Assembly (NCBI GenBank): GCA_964406095.1
Contig: CAYOQJ010000120.1
Span: 10,403 to 74,402 of the forward strand
Direction: 5' to 3'
DNA length: 64,000 nucleotides
Origin: an uncultured Lentisphaeraceae bacterium
GTDB lineage: Bacteria > Verrucomicrobiota > Kiritimatiellia > RFP12 > UBA1067
Under the pieces are notes generated by a model, which was given only the letters and a program-made list of their open reading frames with translations, made no database searches and was not told the origin of the DNA. Both the position numbers and the translations under genes were made by a program. Of this stretch, positions 63,721-64,000 are shown one piece after another; positions within the stretch are counted from its first letter, which is position 1, and every line of letters starts with the position of its first letter.

Positions 63721-64000
63721 GATGGTTGCTATCTTTTATGACGTAGACCTTGTCGTTTTCGCGTACTCTCTTTTCGCAGAAAATTGTGAACCACTCGCCC
63801 CTGTTTACACGCTCCGGCGTTTCATCGTCGCGGCGCATCCCGACCGCACTCAGTTCCACAATGCCGGAAGTCGCACCGTGTACCGCGATTCTGTCGTTGA
63901 CGTGAACAGGGTTGTTCTGCACAAGAATCTCGGCAACACGCGGCTGCTTGTAATATCTGCGCACAACCCCGGCGTGTAATTTGCAGGTGGTTGCCAGATT
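63707..64000 (-). CDS. peptidase U32 family protein, C-terminal part only (5' end beyond window)
   Basis: The frame is open to the window edge (NLATTCKLHAGVVRRYYKQPRVAEILVQNNPVHVNDRIAVHG...VNRGEWFTIFCEKRVRENDKVYVIKD). The pattern resembles the C-terminal beta-barrel of U32 peptidases. It overlaps the next gene's start by 14 nt. Confidence 0.5.
   Translation of the reverse strand, partial: NLATTCKLHAGVVRRYYKQPRVAEILVQNNPVHVNDRIAVHGATSGIVELSAVGMRRDDETPERVNRGEWFTIFCEKRVRENDKVYVIKDSNHHDKN

Noticed and set aside
1-64000. CRISPR arrays, rRNA genes, IS elements, prophage genes, and known defence or toxin-antitoxin gene signatures.
   Set aside because: Reading both strands, I saw no spaced direct-repeat arrays, no transposase, integrase or phage structural motifs, and no nuclease or helicase defence-type proteins among the translated ORFs. 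A systematic HMM scan (for example DefenseFinder or PADLOC) would still be needed to exclude divergent systems.

Overview
This is a 64-kb chromosomal segment with about 50 protein genes and 2 tRNAs (His-GTG, Thr-CGT). I found no rRNA, CRISPR array, transposase, integrase or prophage genes. All family names below come from reading motifs in the translations; no database was searched. The gene content suggests a polysaccharide-degrading member of the PVC superphylum (Lentisphaerota, Kiritimatiellota or Verrucomicrobiota-like), which is an inference. That content includes a Tat-signal Gfo/Idh/MocA oxidoreductase, an autotransporter-associated beta-strand repeat protein, GH140, GH99-like and GH2 enzymes, a formylglycine-enzyme gene remnant, TRL-like lipoproteins and a DUF1570-like protein. 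Layout: 1-11.9 kb holds thiE plus an AraC-headed minus-strand CAZyme operon next to tRNA-His. 12-18.7 kb holds an orphan ABC permease with a giant insertion, ThuA, RNase D and an ACT/DUF711 pair. 19-29.6 kb holds a rearranged dcw cluster: mraZ-rsmH-ftsL-ftsI-murE-murF-murD-LysM-ftsW, with no mraY. 29.6-32 kb holds glyQS and larB. 32.2-41.8 kb holds a stress/efflux neighbourhood: hsp20, thioredoxin-DUF302-TolC-MFP-RND-ferredoxin, and a convergent PAS sigma-54 activator. 42-53.6 kb holds hypothetical proteins, a beta-mannosidase, a PabB/PabC fusion and large secreted proteins. 53.6-57.3 kb holds purD-purE and a predicted pseudokinase. 57.4-64 kb holds a secreted acidic protein and an operon of U32 peptidase, glycosidase, HExxH protein and two TRL lipoproteins. 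The most unusual candidate system is the RND efflux operon bracketed by redox proteins and sitting next to a Cys-containing PAS/sigma-54 regulator. Its function is hypothetical. Nothing here is a demonstrated new system.
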